A DNA stretch of 64,000 nucleotides from Candidatus Riflebacteria bacterium HGW-Riflebacteria-2 (GCA_002839435.1 PGYA01000012.1:1914-65913), one strand, 5' to 3'. Shown: positions 50,101-56,270, numbered from the stretch's first letter. Notes: generated from the letters alone by a model not told the origin. A program made the numbers and translations.

Positions 50101-50185
50101 GTATTTGGGCAAATGCAGCTTCTGGTATAAATATTGTCAGCAATATCAACATTAAAGCGAAGAACAGCAGACTCGATCGCTTCAT
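38123..50185 (-). CDS. Giant secreted surface or adhesin-like protein (4020 aa) with T9SS-type C-terminal sorting domain
   Basis: ATG with GAGGAG RBS and signal peptide MKRSSLLFFALMLILLTIFIPEAAFA. N-terminal domain paralogous to giant 1. Long arrays of Ig-like repeats. C-terminal QYPNPA...VTIYDVAGHKVG...NGVYFARI...KLAVLR. Confidence 0.8.
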   Translation of the reverse strand: MKRSSLLFFALMLILLTIFIPEAAFAQIQINSAQLTLNDNDGNGVANVGDSIVISCIATNTLGSFPTVDLSAIGLSNNEPLAIVNGTTYSTVAQNLNFRPAPSITPNTTTALTSFTVSARWDSNVNGVIDILDAVSTQVTLGARPFDLIQVRANPVPAAASIVGNLLTVSITDACYQPGTTATVDLTPISAALPAAVVMTDGGGTFTLNYTLPANTDTNGPVTLNITLDDPIAVHPAVVYSTNQIQLDNAYPVIADASVTILSGNAIARPGDRLQLKVSVSNYDFDTASVTAPLLTNLAANPAIDNPYPMPLSQSNGPGLPAEWSLIVELRATNLSGVVPITFNVRDNSGNVVTRTIEITVDLLRPSIINASGTVYSEGVISPITDVATTTGFIRFWSELVLDSPPDNGTVVFVDLTPIGGASEFRLNQIVPDIASYQADFNIAQGSLEDGAKYSFTIYARDTAGNIVARTTTPAIGVDSNPPVVTGIQLTSANPQNSSIIKVDDEFTVQCNATGIENGSITVDLSSVGLSTFTTLLSVGGGVYRTPPQTLLDARLSPASPPRVDTFVSFRVSFNDTINSIHGADLIGHLYDDYYTNALTIDNEPPNIASTAIVTNGNPATFLIIGNSLNLLAQVASNPVTVTIDLTSLGLGNNENMMPSNIGGYPSAQGWYVYTVSGGLSEGILDRQNNVPFLVTATDDAGNTDTETIFVNIDNQPVKVTDFDLNVSYRNDPPDDTDISIINLNKIIDITVTLDPLTDEADVAITSATLDLSKFGLSNVATMTYTAGNRIFTYSLDNTIPYEYDSSSHRFAATVRDVSGNVTFTQSGMRKVDNWPPVFNANATPTATVVGGGSTAKVGDSILFTARVRNNENVVPTINLSNLGLSSAQAMTFTAVDGGFNRYEYTATIAAGNVNGTDTSWLITARDNDQNYATASTDPTIFIDSSAPQVATALTVSGNSQPGIIRSGEELTFTLRLDSDTTISSDSVTIDLRMIGINNASYPMINTEVTGAGSLWIASEVITLDSPTEYTNVRFTASILDDAGNSASSNSQLFTEIDCRPVILDDNLAGLVLWQDNGLVNPGFAGPGDVVMVWASATYYQDAVLYGNLASLTAGVEVDYATTTLTFNSANNRHEGTITIATHSATAWPVITEELLYRVRAVDNVNNVSTTTYTTGDFVVRNIMPTALTTGINLFPNYYLATTSTDILIYNLASSTTGDGLIASITFADNLIIHKAWLDFREFGTGTVDLKTENSSSAVTISGYTVNRLPPIEDGVSRRVWLYAIDQAGNATYTSERLFIDNIAPTLVSAEFDGNILSVALSENFDNDTFVVENWQIVGSSTLGAPASLTFNATAPNEILDWSSFQLELDISHLRTMAGWASTPIYLKVTNTATSAVTDMWGNELRPVEYFPITITDSAWREPARITHFTVEQNWPNSINIDLLFSKNMDLDSLAATAAVLLLASDTSGTFETNVDYNLGYVFQASSTAQASDTFVWQSPNHLRISLCETGRRWVAKKLTNNTSQKLYIACRNTLKPFVIDFLGKPVTHIDPSSPLAGLDNRPVSNFAFLGPPDDPKLSIGERSLVLSASDLLLLSNSPYNNNATPYLIEPVPTFNNRVTGFHGKIILHESNSGSTQVLQLEPLASTTNPLFASTTVTLKLNDDDLVNILALYKNNPSPIWEMTIQAGAFTNLWGNSNLAYLPSSYPGAMQVATGTPATSATLAAVSMSDKPPVSAKLAGELIFEVEVFPPDMDGIPLPLQWQTTPRAGIFLQDAGNTWVASGTFINYTERTVDGRLRGVFRYQNTAALPSNLQSVPAVVNIYGVTDIFGNTKDMTASYAYDLNSKNDGAVEGFTDTASAEVILDTQKPVVMVNSIIPNDYIGKIPAGSIFRVNFDEAMNQAVIPTLTLATSTETMTFTFSSWSASATAEFTNDSAFTSTLPNGTWYYQVSGGTDVAGNVMTTTGATAFPVEVRTYAPEVSAGDVVLRTVQPTISTDILIDQPWSQYIGGNAIFSVTYTTAPTQNFPHYLEIYDPISGVLQGSVPLSISGSLATATISAIAAANIGPKSYAVRIRDSLYNRTDNVLNIVYDGLPPAMTSFTIGGLGVGSTTAEYTYFNPLDGDLILNFAAVTTDTLRLAVYNGTATSAQLLNNSGTPGNYFLATGSTYADGPYTFTVVDLAGNIGTGSATRKVYADASAPVLLSIVPEYSAGQPGPYYIGKCLASETRLVVTFSEPMDADPAQEPNLVLTRNASTINWRFVGWVNPAVASTAIYENIGDITSALETGQYRFTMTGGRDLAFNTRTPASDQTKTIEVYTAGPYVNITNYTNQSHIYGTTPQANLGYNPFYTAPGSATIRIDFIGTTFDTYDLIVSSGATDVGSYTGLPLPTPSIIPFEPANASWSWAGGHPQDASYTLRVRDSGGDYSPSFGFRYDTATPTINTAIAMTSGPGIATNTEYAPAIALYHSPNVADTSIGITTINPDVLRLLALNINTNATYVADMTTGALSHSMQLSSLVDVSTGNVATLPDGAYLITGVDTAGNIADGTASTSLLIIDTDAPKLASAVAIIAGLPSTSTGVVATNTGIFQLTFDSGMNTGAASPTLTLASDSGTITMRATRWISSSTCEFTNTVAIDKSFTPGTYSYQISGARDYAGNPNIVPDLGSFTIVLFTEEPDLTAFQVVSNQTDLYGTQALINRPLSFEAFAAGPDIASLSLNYRTAGGHPYQEPHLIRIYDSSNNLASEAVVPGAVGGISTFTLNSSALGNPGAATESYSFRLIDNIGNISATYTLPIVYDGIQPVVATAAISTVSNAINNPLYYNEQLHGALNVRFETSASTATDSLVLVIATTTALPYTWNMYSNLTTGISTYSISVASAATIAEGHYLITAADMAGNFATGTASITMFVVDRTAPIVLVATTSTALPIVSATAGGATFTVQFNEHMNELSSATPTLVIATTTAQIACTFKGWTASGTAQFVNTATISNALPQGDYDCRVVAWDLTGNKLDTSNAGTMVVRSRGPIVASWTTTSYQSTTASATLASGLEMLTDQPFNLNYTPNMATITLQLSAPPDAEPIHLHFMLANTTIASYPLVLNGLIASFAWTSTNGPATATTYIIRVADDKGDLSLESHFWTMDNDDPLVRDIAIVGAETATDSVYFSPDRQRYFTTTFSLSNLETMAPRLRIRGTNSTDTYLLTSAGNDKWSCNFEGQYSRTPFDRMPDGAYKLDMVDAAGNVAGLASDGLTIVLDFDLIIDSLAPDVATYVMTQNGLTVTSFAPSAGDLNIIASSPTTPVDETNIWYIEVRDQLGTLVKRLPVDAGTASATWNGTDAVGNLVIDGYYTLTATDLAGNPAGISTTVFARTTPFRVMGMEQTASASARIWFNHDIDAGTLGGTPITATPTLAISGLARTQERALDFNVAAFTHAQSYDFTVAASIKSIFGAAVLSTASQATLVADARGPVIADVSFTGLAGQQEFRVEFDEACESVSAGTKTNYVVTAATGTYTVSKVVVAGDKRSVVVTVSPALTENADYTITASNIKDDLGNISSTSKAFKGQDRTPPTLIVSAFSNPANENDIIVVVTSNEPLKAAPDLSVSQSGAPSVVTATMQKGADNMSYMLGVSLNPSYNGNGTLSAEAQDIAENTGYGTNSFTVAYISSARASILKSADNRLALDFSEQSLNSDATVKILKHELEKSEATGGAIRTALQNQFRAAIGSLRGNLASETVLPNHSELVPVSDAYEIGILKAKVKDGFGVSLTSGEATSTTGIALFNQVGDSWNFVTASRDKEGAFAARTGSPQIFAVMRDIAAPRLNLAADMEMSEPFRTARPEFRGRVEEAGSGIDPRTVIARIDGGPGQPVQVDGNGNFLFKPIADLVAGDHDLVIKAADRTGNTGLMAATRFQIVLPLSISQIMQYPNPANRRMFIRISANRDDLTSDLVTVTIYDVAGHKVGSLDYIKAVKENVVAQRYLYDIPWDLRNSEGKQVANGVYFARIVIRDPDDPSIKTKRNFKLAVLR

Positions 50186-50422
50186 TTTATCTCCTCGGAT
50201 TCAGCCCTGGGACCCGGTCGCAGCGACGCCGGCAGGGAACATTTTCGCAGATCAGATAATTAGTCCTTCTGTATATCGGCGCCCGTCAGCAGATTGCTTA
50301 GCAACAAAAAAGGCGCGACCCAGATTGCGCAGATTTTCCGATTGAACGCAAAGAACCGATTTGCAGCTGGAGAGATCAATTCGGATGATATATAATGAGA
50401 AATATCAGGTGAGGAGAATATA

Positions 50423-50620
50423 ATGCCTCCAAAAATTCGAGAACTGATTAGTGAGCTTGAACGGGCTGGCTTTGTTGATCGTGGCGGCAAGGGGAGTCAT
50501 AGAAACTTTGTTCACGCCGACTTATCGGAACCAGTAACGATCTCGGGCAAGCCGTCGGGCGATGCAAAATTTTATCAGATCAAAGCGGTTAAGCTTGCTC
50601 TCAAGGAGATTAAAAAATGA
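50423..50620 (+). CDS. hicA: HicA-family toxin (mRNA interferase) of a type II TA system
   Basis: 65 aa with LERAGFVDRGGKGSHRNF (HicA GSH motif). GGAG RBS. Confidence 0.7.
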   Translation: MPPKIRELISELERAGFVDRGGKGSHRNFVHADLSEPVTISGKPSGDAKFYQIKAVKLALKEIKK

Positions 50621-50856
50621 AAGACAGCGCTCGGTATGTAAAAATCGTTGAGTGGTCAAATGAAGACCAGTGCTATGTCGGGAGCGCGCCTGGTTTGATT
50701 TTAGGCGGCTGTCACGGTGATGATGAGAGAGCGGTCTTTGCCGAACTCTGCCAGATCGTAGAAGAGGCTATTGAGCTGTATAAAGCTGACGGTAAAAAAC
50801 TGCCGCCACCGACAGCCGGAAAAGACCTCGCCTCACGCCTCCTTAATGTGGCATGA
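50617..50856 (+). CDS. hicB: HicB-family antitoxin (UPF0150 / RNase H-like fold only, no obvious DNA-binding tail)
   Basis: YVKIVEWSNEDQCYVGSAPGL..GCHGDDE..A..EL.E..EL. ATGA overlap with hicA. Confidence 0.7.
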   Translation: MKDSARYVKIVEWSNEDQCYVGSAPGLILGGCHGDDERAVFAELCQIVEEAIELYKADGKKLPPPTAGKDLASRLLNVA

Positions 50857-51716
50857 ATAAAGCTATGAAAGAAAAGAACCGGTTTTTTGCAGAGGTGGAA
50901 GCTGTCGATGCCAGGCTGCTGCAGGCGAGCGCGGCTGGAAACAGCTATTCGCTGCGGCAGCGCGATGCCGATCGTATTGTGTTGTTTTCTCTGGCCGGCC
51001 ATATGATCAATATTGTCAACAAGGAGCTTGGCTGTGGCCCTGATTTTATCATGTGCGGGCAGCTGCCGTCTCTCGATCAGCCGCTGGCCGAAGATGGCTG
51101 GAAGCTGGCCGATAACTGCCTGAAGATTCCTTTCCTGACTCAGCTCAAGCTTGCTGGTGGCCGCATTTATGACTCGACCGAACGTTTCGCGATAAGAGAT
51201 TTTCCCGGGCACATGAAAAGTCTCATTGCCCGCCAGATCCGCAAAGAAAAAACAGCTGAGCTGAGCGAGCTCGAAGGCCGTCTCAACCGGCTCTCCGAAA
51301 CAATTCAAAAGCATCTTATCGAATTGTCAGAGCTGCCTCTGATCGGTGTTATCGGTTTTGGCAGCGGGTTTCCAGCTTGCGGCGACGCGGCCTTGTGCGG
51401 GTTGCTTCTGACTGCGCGCAATATGGCATTGGGCAGGCGCTTTCGGGTTGGCTGGTACAAGCGGCTGACGGTTGAGTTGAAGCGCTTCGTGCATCGCACT
51501 GGCCCATATGGCCGGAACTGGCTACATTACGCCATCGAGGGCCGCATGACTGAGATGCAGCAGCACTTTTTCCATGCCATGCTGCGCGATTTCGAATGCT
51601 CTGACGAAATTGTCGTAAAAAAAATAGCCGCTGACCGGCTGGTCAACGGTATTGCCTTTCTTATGGGAGTCAATTCAGCCCTGGATATGGTTCAGGCCGG
51701 CTTTTTCAACCCTTGA
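50853..51716 (+). CDS. Hypothetical protein (287 aa), translationally coupled to hicB
   Basis: ATGA overlap with the hicB stop. No recognisable motif; Cys-containing, soluble. The long antisense ORF at 50712-51314 is rejected. Confidence 0.45.
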   Translation: MNKAMKEKNRFFAEVEAVDARLLQASAAGNSYSLRQRDADRIVLFSLAGHMINIVNKELGCGPDFIMCGQLPSLDQPLAEDGWKLADNCLKIPFLTQLKLAGGRIYDSTERFAIRDFPGHMKSLIARQIRKEKTAELSELEGRLNRLSETIQKHLIELSELPLIGVIGFGSGFPACGDAALCGLLLTARNMALGRRFRVGWYKRLTVELKRFVHRTGPYGRNWLHYAIEGRMTEMQQHFFHAMLRDFECSDEIVVKKIAADRLVNGIAFLMGVNSALDMVQAGFFNP

Positions 51717-51781
51717 TGAATTGATGCCATGGCATAGTTGCCCGGAAGGGCTTTGATTATCAGTATGTGGGGGTGATCTGA

Positions 51782-53449
51782 GTGAAGCTTTCGTGCCTGT
51801 CTCTGTGTTTGTCTGGCTGTTTTTTGTGTCTTGCCCTCGCGCTGCCGCCGGTTTTTGCAGAGGGGTTGTCAACCAGTATCAGCGATATTAACAGCGGGCG
51901 TTTTCCGGTGGTAAATACCCATCTTAAAATTTTCTGCAAAGAGCCTGTGGCGTTAACGCGCGAAGATTTCACTCTTAGCGAAGACGGCAAGCCGGTTAAG
52001 GACTTTTCGGTAACAATTGCCAAACCCGTTCAGTATTACATGCTAACTATCGATCGCTCGTCGAGTATCAAAGAAGATATGCCCGTCATCAAGCAGGCGG
52101 TTCTGCAGTTTCTTCAGACTATTCCTGCCGAGGTGCATATTGGTGTTATCTCTTTTGCCAGCGATGTTCAGCTGGAACACGAATTCTCTCTGGACCGGAA
52201 CAGTATCTTTCAGGCCGTTCAGAATATTCGGGCCTGGGGTGGTACCACACTGTTCGACTCCATCTTTGATGGGGTGCAGCGCCTGCAGAATACCGGAAAA
52301 TCCAGCGATCAGAAAACAATTGTCTGCCTGAGTGATGGTGCCGATATGAACCCGCGCGGCACTGGCCCAATGTCGCAGAAGACTTTGCCAGAAGTGACTG
52401 AGTTTGCCCGCAAGAATTCTATTCGTGTAATCGCCATCGGTCTTGGCAATGATATCGACGAGGTATCTTTAAAGGCCATTGCCCAGCAGACAAACGGCGC
52501 CTATCTTTGTGCTCCTACCGTTCAGCAGCTGGCTGGCGCCTATCAGGCTGTTTCCCGGCGTGCGCGTCTCGAGAGTTTTTACAGCGTCGAACATACCTCA
52601 CCCAGGCCAGAACGGGATGGCACAACGCGTAAGATTCAGATATCGAGTCGATTCAAAGGCATGCAGGATCAGGGCAATGGAACCTATGTTGCACCGACCA
52701 TACCAGAGCCAGAACCTGCGCGGGCCAAAAAGCCCGAAAAAAAGTGGCACGGCATTAAGAATCGGCCGCATGGTATCGAATCGCGGCCGCACGGCATAGG
52801 GCATAGAGTTTTCGAACCGCCGGATGAGCCTGGCTATCAGTGGATTGGCAACAAAGACGACGGGATTAGAATACAACATCTCAGTTCTCTAAAAGAGTAC
52901 GAAATGGTAACATTCAAGAATGGCCAGCCCAATGGCCTCGTTGGCAGCTGGCTGCAAGATGGTTCGCCTACCGGCTACCATGGCACTATGGTTGATGGCA
53001 AGTGGCATGGTCAGAGAATATGTATTCATAGCAGGGCTAATCGCTATGATCTGGAAACTTTCGAGCATGGCGTCAGACATGGCCGACAGGAATCATACGA
53101 CCTGGACGGCAGCCCTGATGGTTATTTTGGTGAAATGGTCGATGGCAAATGGCATGGCCAGAGAATCTGTATTCATAGCAGGGCCAATTCGTATGATCTG
53201 GAAACCTTCGAGCATGGTGTCGAGCATGGCCCACAGGGTTCCTATGATATGGACGGAATCCCCAGTGGTTATTTCGGCGAAAAATTCAATGGAGAGTGGC
53301 ATGGAGACAGAATCTACGTGCATCCTCGGGCGGCAAAAGGATGGAGCTGTGAGACTTTCGATCAGGGTGCCTCACAAGGTCCGGCCGGAATTTACGACGA
53401 TGACGGCAATCTCTATGTTCGTCCGGGAGAAGATTCTCAAGATGACTGA
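51782..53449 (+). CDS. Secreted von Willebrand factor A (vWA) domain protein with C-terminal MORN-like tandem repeats
   Basis: GTG start with a GGGGG RBS and a signal peptide. MIDAS motif DRSSS...GGT...SDGAD. Three or four repeats of roughly 45 aa (GxMVDGKWHGQRICIHSRANxYDLETFEHGV.HG.QxSYD.DG.P.GYFGE), two of them nearly identical. Confidence 0.75.
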   Translation: MKLSCLSLCLSGCFLCLALALPPVFAEGLSTSISDINSGRFPVVNTHLKIFCKEPVALTREDFTLSEDGKPVKDFSVTIAKPVQYYMLTIDRSSSIKEDMPVIKQAVLQFLQTIPAEVHIGVISFASDVQLEHEFSLDRNSIFQAVQNIRAWGGTTLFDSIFDGVQRLQNTGKSSDQKTIVCLSDGADMNPRGTGPMSQKTLPEVTEFARKNSIRVIAIGLGNDIDEVSLKAIAQQTNGAYLCAPTVQQLAGAYQAVSRRARLESFYSVEHTSPRPERDGTTRKIQISSRFKGMQDQGNGTYVAPTIPEPEPARAKKPEKKWHGIKNRPHGIESRPHGIGHRVFEPPDEPGYQWIGNKDDGIRIQHLSSLKEYEMVTFKNGQPNGLVGSWLQDGSPTGYHGTMVDGKWHGQRICIHSRANRYDLETFEHGVRHGRQESYDLDGSPDGYFGEMVDGKWHGQRICIHSRANSYDLETFEHGVEHGPQGSYDMDGIPSGYFGEKFNGEWHGDRIYVHPRAAKGWSCETFDQGASQGPAGIYDDDGNLYVRPGEDSQDD

Positions 53450-53495
53450 CACAGAGAAGCCAGGCTGAATATTACCGGAGTGCCCGTACGCAATG

Positions 53496-54017
53496 TTACG
53501 CGGCGGGTCGGTAGAGGGGGTTGAAGGCCGAGGTGGTCTGAAAGAAGATGTCGTCGGCCGAGCGCAGGCGCGGGATGGCCTGCTGTTTATTCAGCGGGTC
53601 GAGTTCGTGGTTTTTCTGTTCGGCGAGCATTTTGTCGAAGTCGTTGAGGAACTTTTCGAGTTCGCCGTTGTTTTTGCCTGCGGCGGCCGGGTGTTCGAGC
53701 ACCTGCTTTTTGAGGGCGCCGATTTCCTCGGGTGAGAAGCGGTTGCTGACATTTTTCATGAATGCTTTGTTTTCTTCAGTCATGCCCTGATTCATGATGC
53801 GGCCGGCAATAACGGTGGCTGCGAAAGCAATCTGGTTGTCTCTTGGCATCGAGTCGGTCATGTTCCAGAAGCGGTTAACGAGATCATCGCTCTTGAAAGC
53901 CTTGTCGCGCAGGCGCTTTTCGTCAGCCTCAAAACTGATGCTGGTTTCAGGTCTGCTGTTGTTCTTGTTGCCAGTCAATGGCCGAAAGAGTTCCTGGTTA
54001 ATGTTGCCGATATTCAT
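53496..54017 (-). CDS. Hypothetical protein (173 aa)
   Basis: ATG with a GGAGG RBS (the tracker start at 54035 is an upstream TTG). No recognisable domain; hydrophilic, with predicted coiled-coil or helical character. Confidence 0.45.
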   Translation of the reverse strand: MNIGNINQELFRPLTGNKNNSRPETSISFEADEKRLRDKAFKSDDLVNRFWNMTDSMPRDNQIAFAATVIAGRIMNQGMTEENKAFMKNVSNRFSPEEIGALKKQVLEHPAAAGKNNGELEKFLNDFDKMLAEQKNHELDPLNKQQAIPRLRSADDIFFQTTSAFNPLYRPAA

Positions 54018-54147
54018 ATTGTTGCCTCCATGCAATTATTTTCTTCGTTAGTTATCGGCAGAATGCCCGGCATGGTTTAGAGAAAAAAGCAGGCGAAGAA
54101 AGAAGAGGAGTTATCCGCAGATGGCGCAGATTACACAGATTAAAAAT

Positions 54148-54177
54148 CGTAGGGGCAAGTCGCGACTTGCCCCTACG
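54148..54177. repeat. GC-rich perfect palindrome CGTAGGGGCAAGTCGCGACTTGCCCCTACG
   Basis: Same architecture and core (GTCGCGAC flanked by GGGGC/GCCCC and CGTAG/CTACG) as 27233-27262. Confidence 0.5.
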
Positions 54178-54257
54178 GAAAATATTGCGATGTGCCCTGA
54201 CGATGATTGGCCGCAAACACGGATTTCGCAAAAAACGATACCGATACCGAACTGGTA

Positions 54258-54282
54258 CCGATTACGATTACGAGAACGAGAA
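54258..54282 (+). promoter_or_regulatory. Third copy of the GATTAC leader motif (CCGATTACGATTACGAGAACGAGAA)
   Basis: Preceded by CGATACCGATACC as at 27178-27227. No credible downstream + strand gene. The only candidate is a 38-aa ORF antisense to the hisS 3' end. Confidence 0.35.
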
Positions 54283-54291
54283 CAACAGAAC

Positions 54292-54319
54292 GCAGGGGTT
54301 CAACATGTTGAACCCCTGC
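54292..54319. terminator. Perfect palindrome GCAGGGGTTCAAC-ATG-TTGAACCCCTGC, probable hisS terminator
   Basis: 12-bp stem, 22 nt downstream of the hisS stop on the minus strand, followed on that strand by a moderately T-rich tract. Confidence 0.4.
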
Positions 54320-54340
54320 GCTGGAAATCTGGATTTAACG

Positions 54341-55693
54341 CTAATTTTGCAGGATACGGGCGGCGGTGTCGGGGTAATTGAGTTTGTGCTGTTCGCCGGA
54401 AACCAGGTGTTTGAGTGAAAGCACCTTGTCGGCAGCTTCACTGGCGCCCATAATGGCGACCCAGGTGGCTCCTATACTTTCAGCGTAGGCGATCTGTTTC
54501 CCGAGCTTCGGGGTTTCGGGGTAGATTTCGACCTTGACGCCATGCTCGCGCAGGCTGTTGGCGGCATCAATGACCGCACTGTCGGCGACGTCGTCGAAAT
54601 GGCAGATTACCAGGTCAGGTCCGCAGGCGATCTGGCCGAAGAGTCCTTTTTCCTCGAGCACCAGCAGGAGTCGTTCAAAGCCGATCGAGAAGCCGACCGC
54701 CGGAATCTCGCTGCCCTTGAACATGCCGATCAGGCCATCATAGCGGCCACCGCCGCCGAGACTGCCGGAAAAATCAGAGGAACGAATCTCGAAGATCGGG
54801 CCGGTGTAATAGCCGAGTCCGCGGGCAAGAGACGCGTCGATACTGTAATGCCCGGCGGCCTTTGAGCTGTCGAGCAGAGTTGTTAGCGATTCGAGCTGGG
54901 CAATGGCGGCAATAGCCTCGTCGTTGCTGGCGAGCGCCTGTTTAAGACGCTGTAGTTCGCTGGCCTCGTCAAGGCCGCAGGGACGCTGAATGAGGTCGAG
55001 CAGGGCGCGTGACTGAGCCGGGCTGATACCACGCTGTTCGAGTTCTTTTTCGACGCCTTCGATGCCGACCTTGTCGAGTTTATCGACGGCGACCAGTGTC
55101 AAAGCCTCGCTTTCGAGGGCGATACCGGCGGCTTTGATCAGGCATTTCAGAAGCTGGCGATGATTGAGGTGAATTTCAAAGTTGCTGAAACCAAGTTTGA
55201 GCAGCACTTCGGCGACAGCGGAGCAGACTTCTGCTTCAGCGATCAGCGATTTGCTGCCGGTAATATCGACATCGCACTGCCAGAATTCACGGAAGCGACC
55301 GCGGCCTGGCCGGTCGGCGCGCCATACTGGCTGAATCTGGTAGCGTTTGAAAAATTTCGGAAGTTCGGGATTGTTGGCGATAAGTCGTGCCAGCGGCACG
55401 GTCAGGTCATAGCGCAGACCAAGATCGGAGAGATCTTTTTCGCTGACTTCGGGGGTTTCGAGCGCGCGGGCAAGTTTGTCGCGGCGGTGCAGGATTCTGA
55501 ACAGGAGCTGATCGCCTTCATCGCCGTATTTGCCGAGCAGGGTCGAAAGGTTTTCGATCGAGGGTGTCTCGACCGGCACGAACCCGTATTTTTCGTAGGT
55601 CTGCTGGATGGTGTTGATAACATAGCGTCGCCGCACCAGTTCGGCCGGCAGAAAATCGCGCATTCCGCTGGGCGGTTTGGTTGAGATCGCCAT
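54341..55693 (-). CDS. hisS: Histidine--tRNA ligase
   Basis: N-terminal GMRDFLP, class II aaRS motifs, and 450 aa. Confidence 0.9.
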   Translation of the reverse strand: MAISTKPPSGMRDFLPAELVRRRYVINTIQQTYEKYGFVPVETPSIENLSTLLGKYGDEGDQLLFRILHRRDKLARALETPEVSEKDLSDLGLRYDLTVPLARLIANNPELPKFFKRYQIQPVWRADRPGRGRFREFWQCDVDITGSKSLIAEAEVCSAVAEVLLKLGFSNFEIHLNHRQLLKCLIKAAGIALESEALTLVAVDKLDKVGIEGVEKELEQRGISPAQSRALLDLIQRPCGLDEASELQRLKQALASNDEAIAAIAQLESLTTLLDSSKAAGHYSIDASLARGLGYYTGPIFEIRSSDFSGSLGGGGRYDGLIGMFKGSEIPAVGFSIGFERLLLVLEEKGLFGQIACGPDLVICHFDDVADSAVIDAANSLREHGVKVEIYPETPKLGKQIAYAESIGATWVAIMGASEAADKVLSLKHLVSGEQHKLNYPDTAARILQN

Positions 55694-55954
55694 AGAGTCG
55701 CTCAGCGCCCGCGCAGCAGGCAGGCTCCTTCGCGGCGTTGCCAGCCGGGAGTGTTGAGCATACCCTTTGGCATTTCGATCATCTGGTAATTGCCGTCGAT
55801 TCCTATGCTGAACTGATTCTGAGAAGTATTCATAGTTTTGCTCCTGAAAATGATTTTCTCAATACATATCGGAACAAATCACCATATCGCTTAATTTACT
55901 ATGCATATGGCTGTATTATCGTTGTCGATTTTCGCACAAAGCCACAGAGAAGCA

Positions 55955-56016
55955 AAGAAGAAGAAGAAGAAGAAGAAGAAGAAGAAGAAGAAGAAGAAGA
56001 AGAAGAAGAAGAAGAG
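55955..56016. repeat. (AAG/GAA)n trinucleotide microsatellite, about 20 units
   Basis: An uninterrupted aagaag... tract in the 676-bp intergenic region upstream of hisS. It reads as poly-Glu or poly-Ser in spurious ORFs on either strand. Confidence 0.9.
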
Positions 56017-56199
56017 TATCCGCAGTCGCCCACAGGATGTGGGTGATACTTGGGCGCATCAGGATGGAAGCGCCCGGGTGATTGCGCGGATTGCGCCGAC
56101 TTATTAGAGGTTGGCTGTCCGTGAAGATTGATTCTGGACTTCATTTGTGTTCTTGCCTTAGATGAAGCACTTTGTAGCAGCAATTCTCAGACAATAATC

Positions 56200-56270
56200 G
56201 TCATTGCGAAGGGCGAAGCCCTGAAGCAATAACATTGACAATAGGATTGCTTCGCTGCGCTCGCAATGAC
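56200..56270. repeat. Dispersed palindromic intergenic element, copy 2
   Basis: GTCATTGCGAA...GATTGCTTCGCTGCGCTCGCAATGAC. Downstream of the PP2C gene's 3' end. Confidence 0.55.

Noticed and set aside
27290-50345. Dozens of 60-190 aa ORFs on the + strand inside the two giant minus-strand genes (e.g. 27290-27784, 33866-34321, 45299-45751, 49926-50345)
   Set aside because: They are antisense to long, repeat-rich coding sequence with a continuous 10-12 kb reading frame, conserved domains and proper RBS and signal peptides. GC-rich repetitive DNA generates such open frames by chance.
50186-50422. Candidate sigma70 promoter for hicA (TTGCAG ... TATATAAT)
   Set aside because: The -35/-10 spacing is about 24 nt under the best reading. 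Too weak to call from sequence alone.
50712-51314. 200-aa minus-strand ORF overlapping hicB and the 287-aa gene
   Set aside because: Antisense to a translationally coupled + strand operon. No RBS or recognisable motif.
54167-54418. 83-aa + strand ORF (and an internal 38-aa ORF from the ATG at 54305) downstream of the third GATTAC motif
   Set aside because: Overlaps the hisS 3' end in antisense. The ATG lies at the centre of a perfect palindrome that is more plausibly the hisS terminator.
55738-56183. ORFs 55738-56046 (+, poly-Glu tail) and 55899-56183 (-, poly-Ser) spanning the (AAG)n tract
   Set aside because: They exist only because the trinucleotide repeat lacks stops in any frame. No RBS, no conserved sequence. 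Treated as a non-coding microsatellite.
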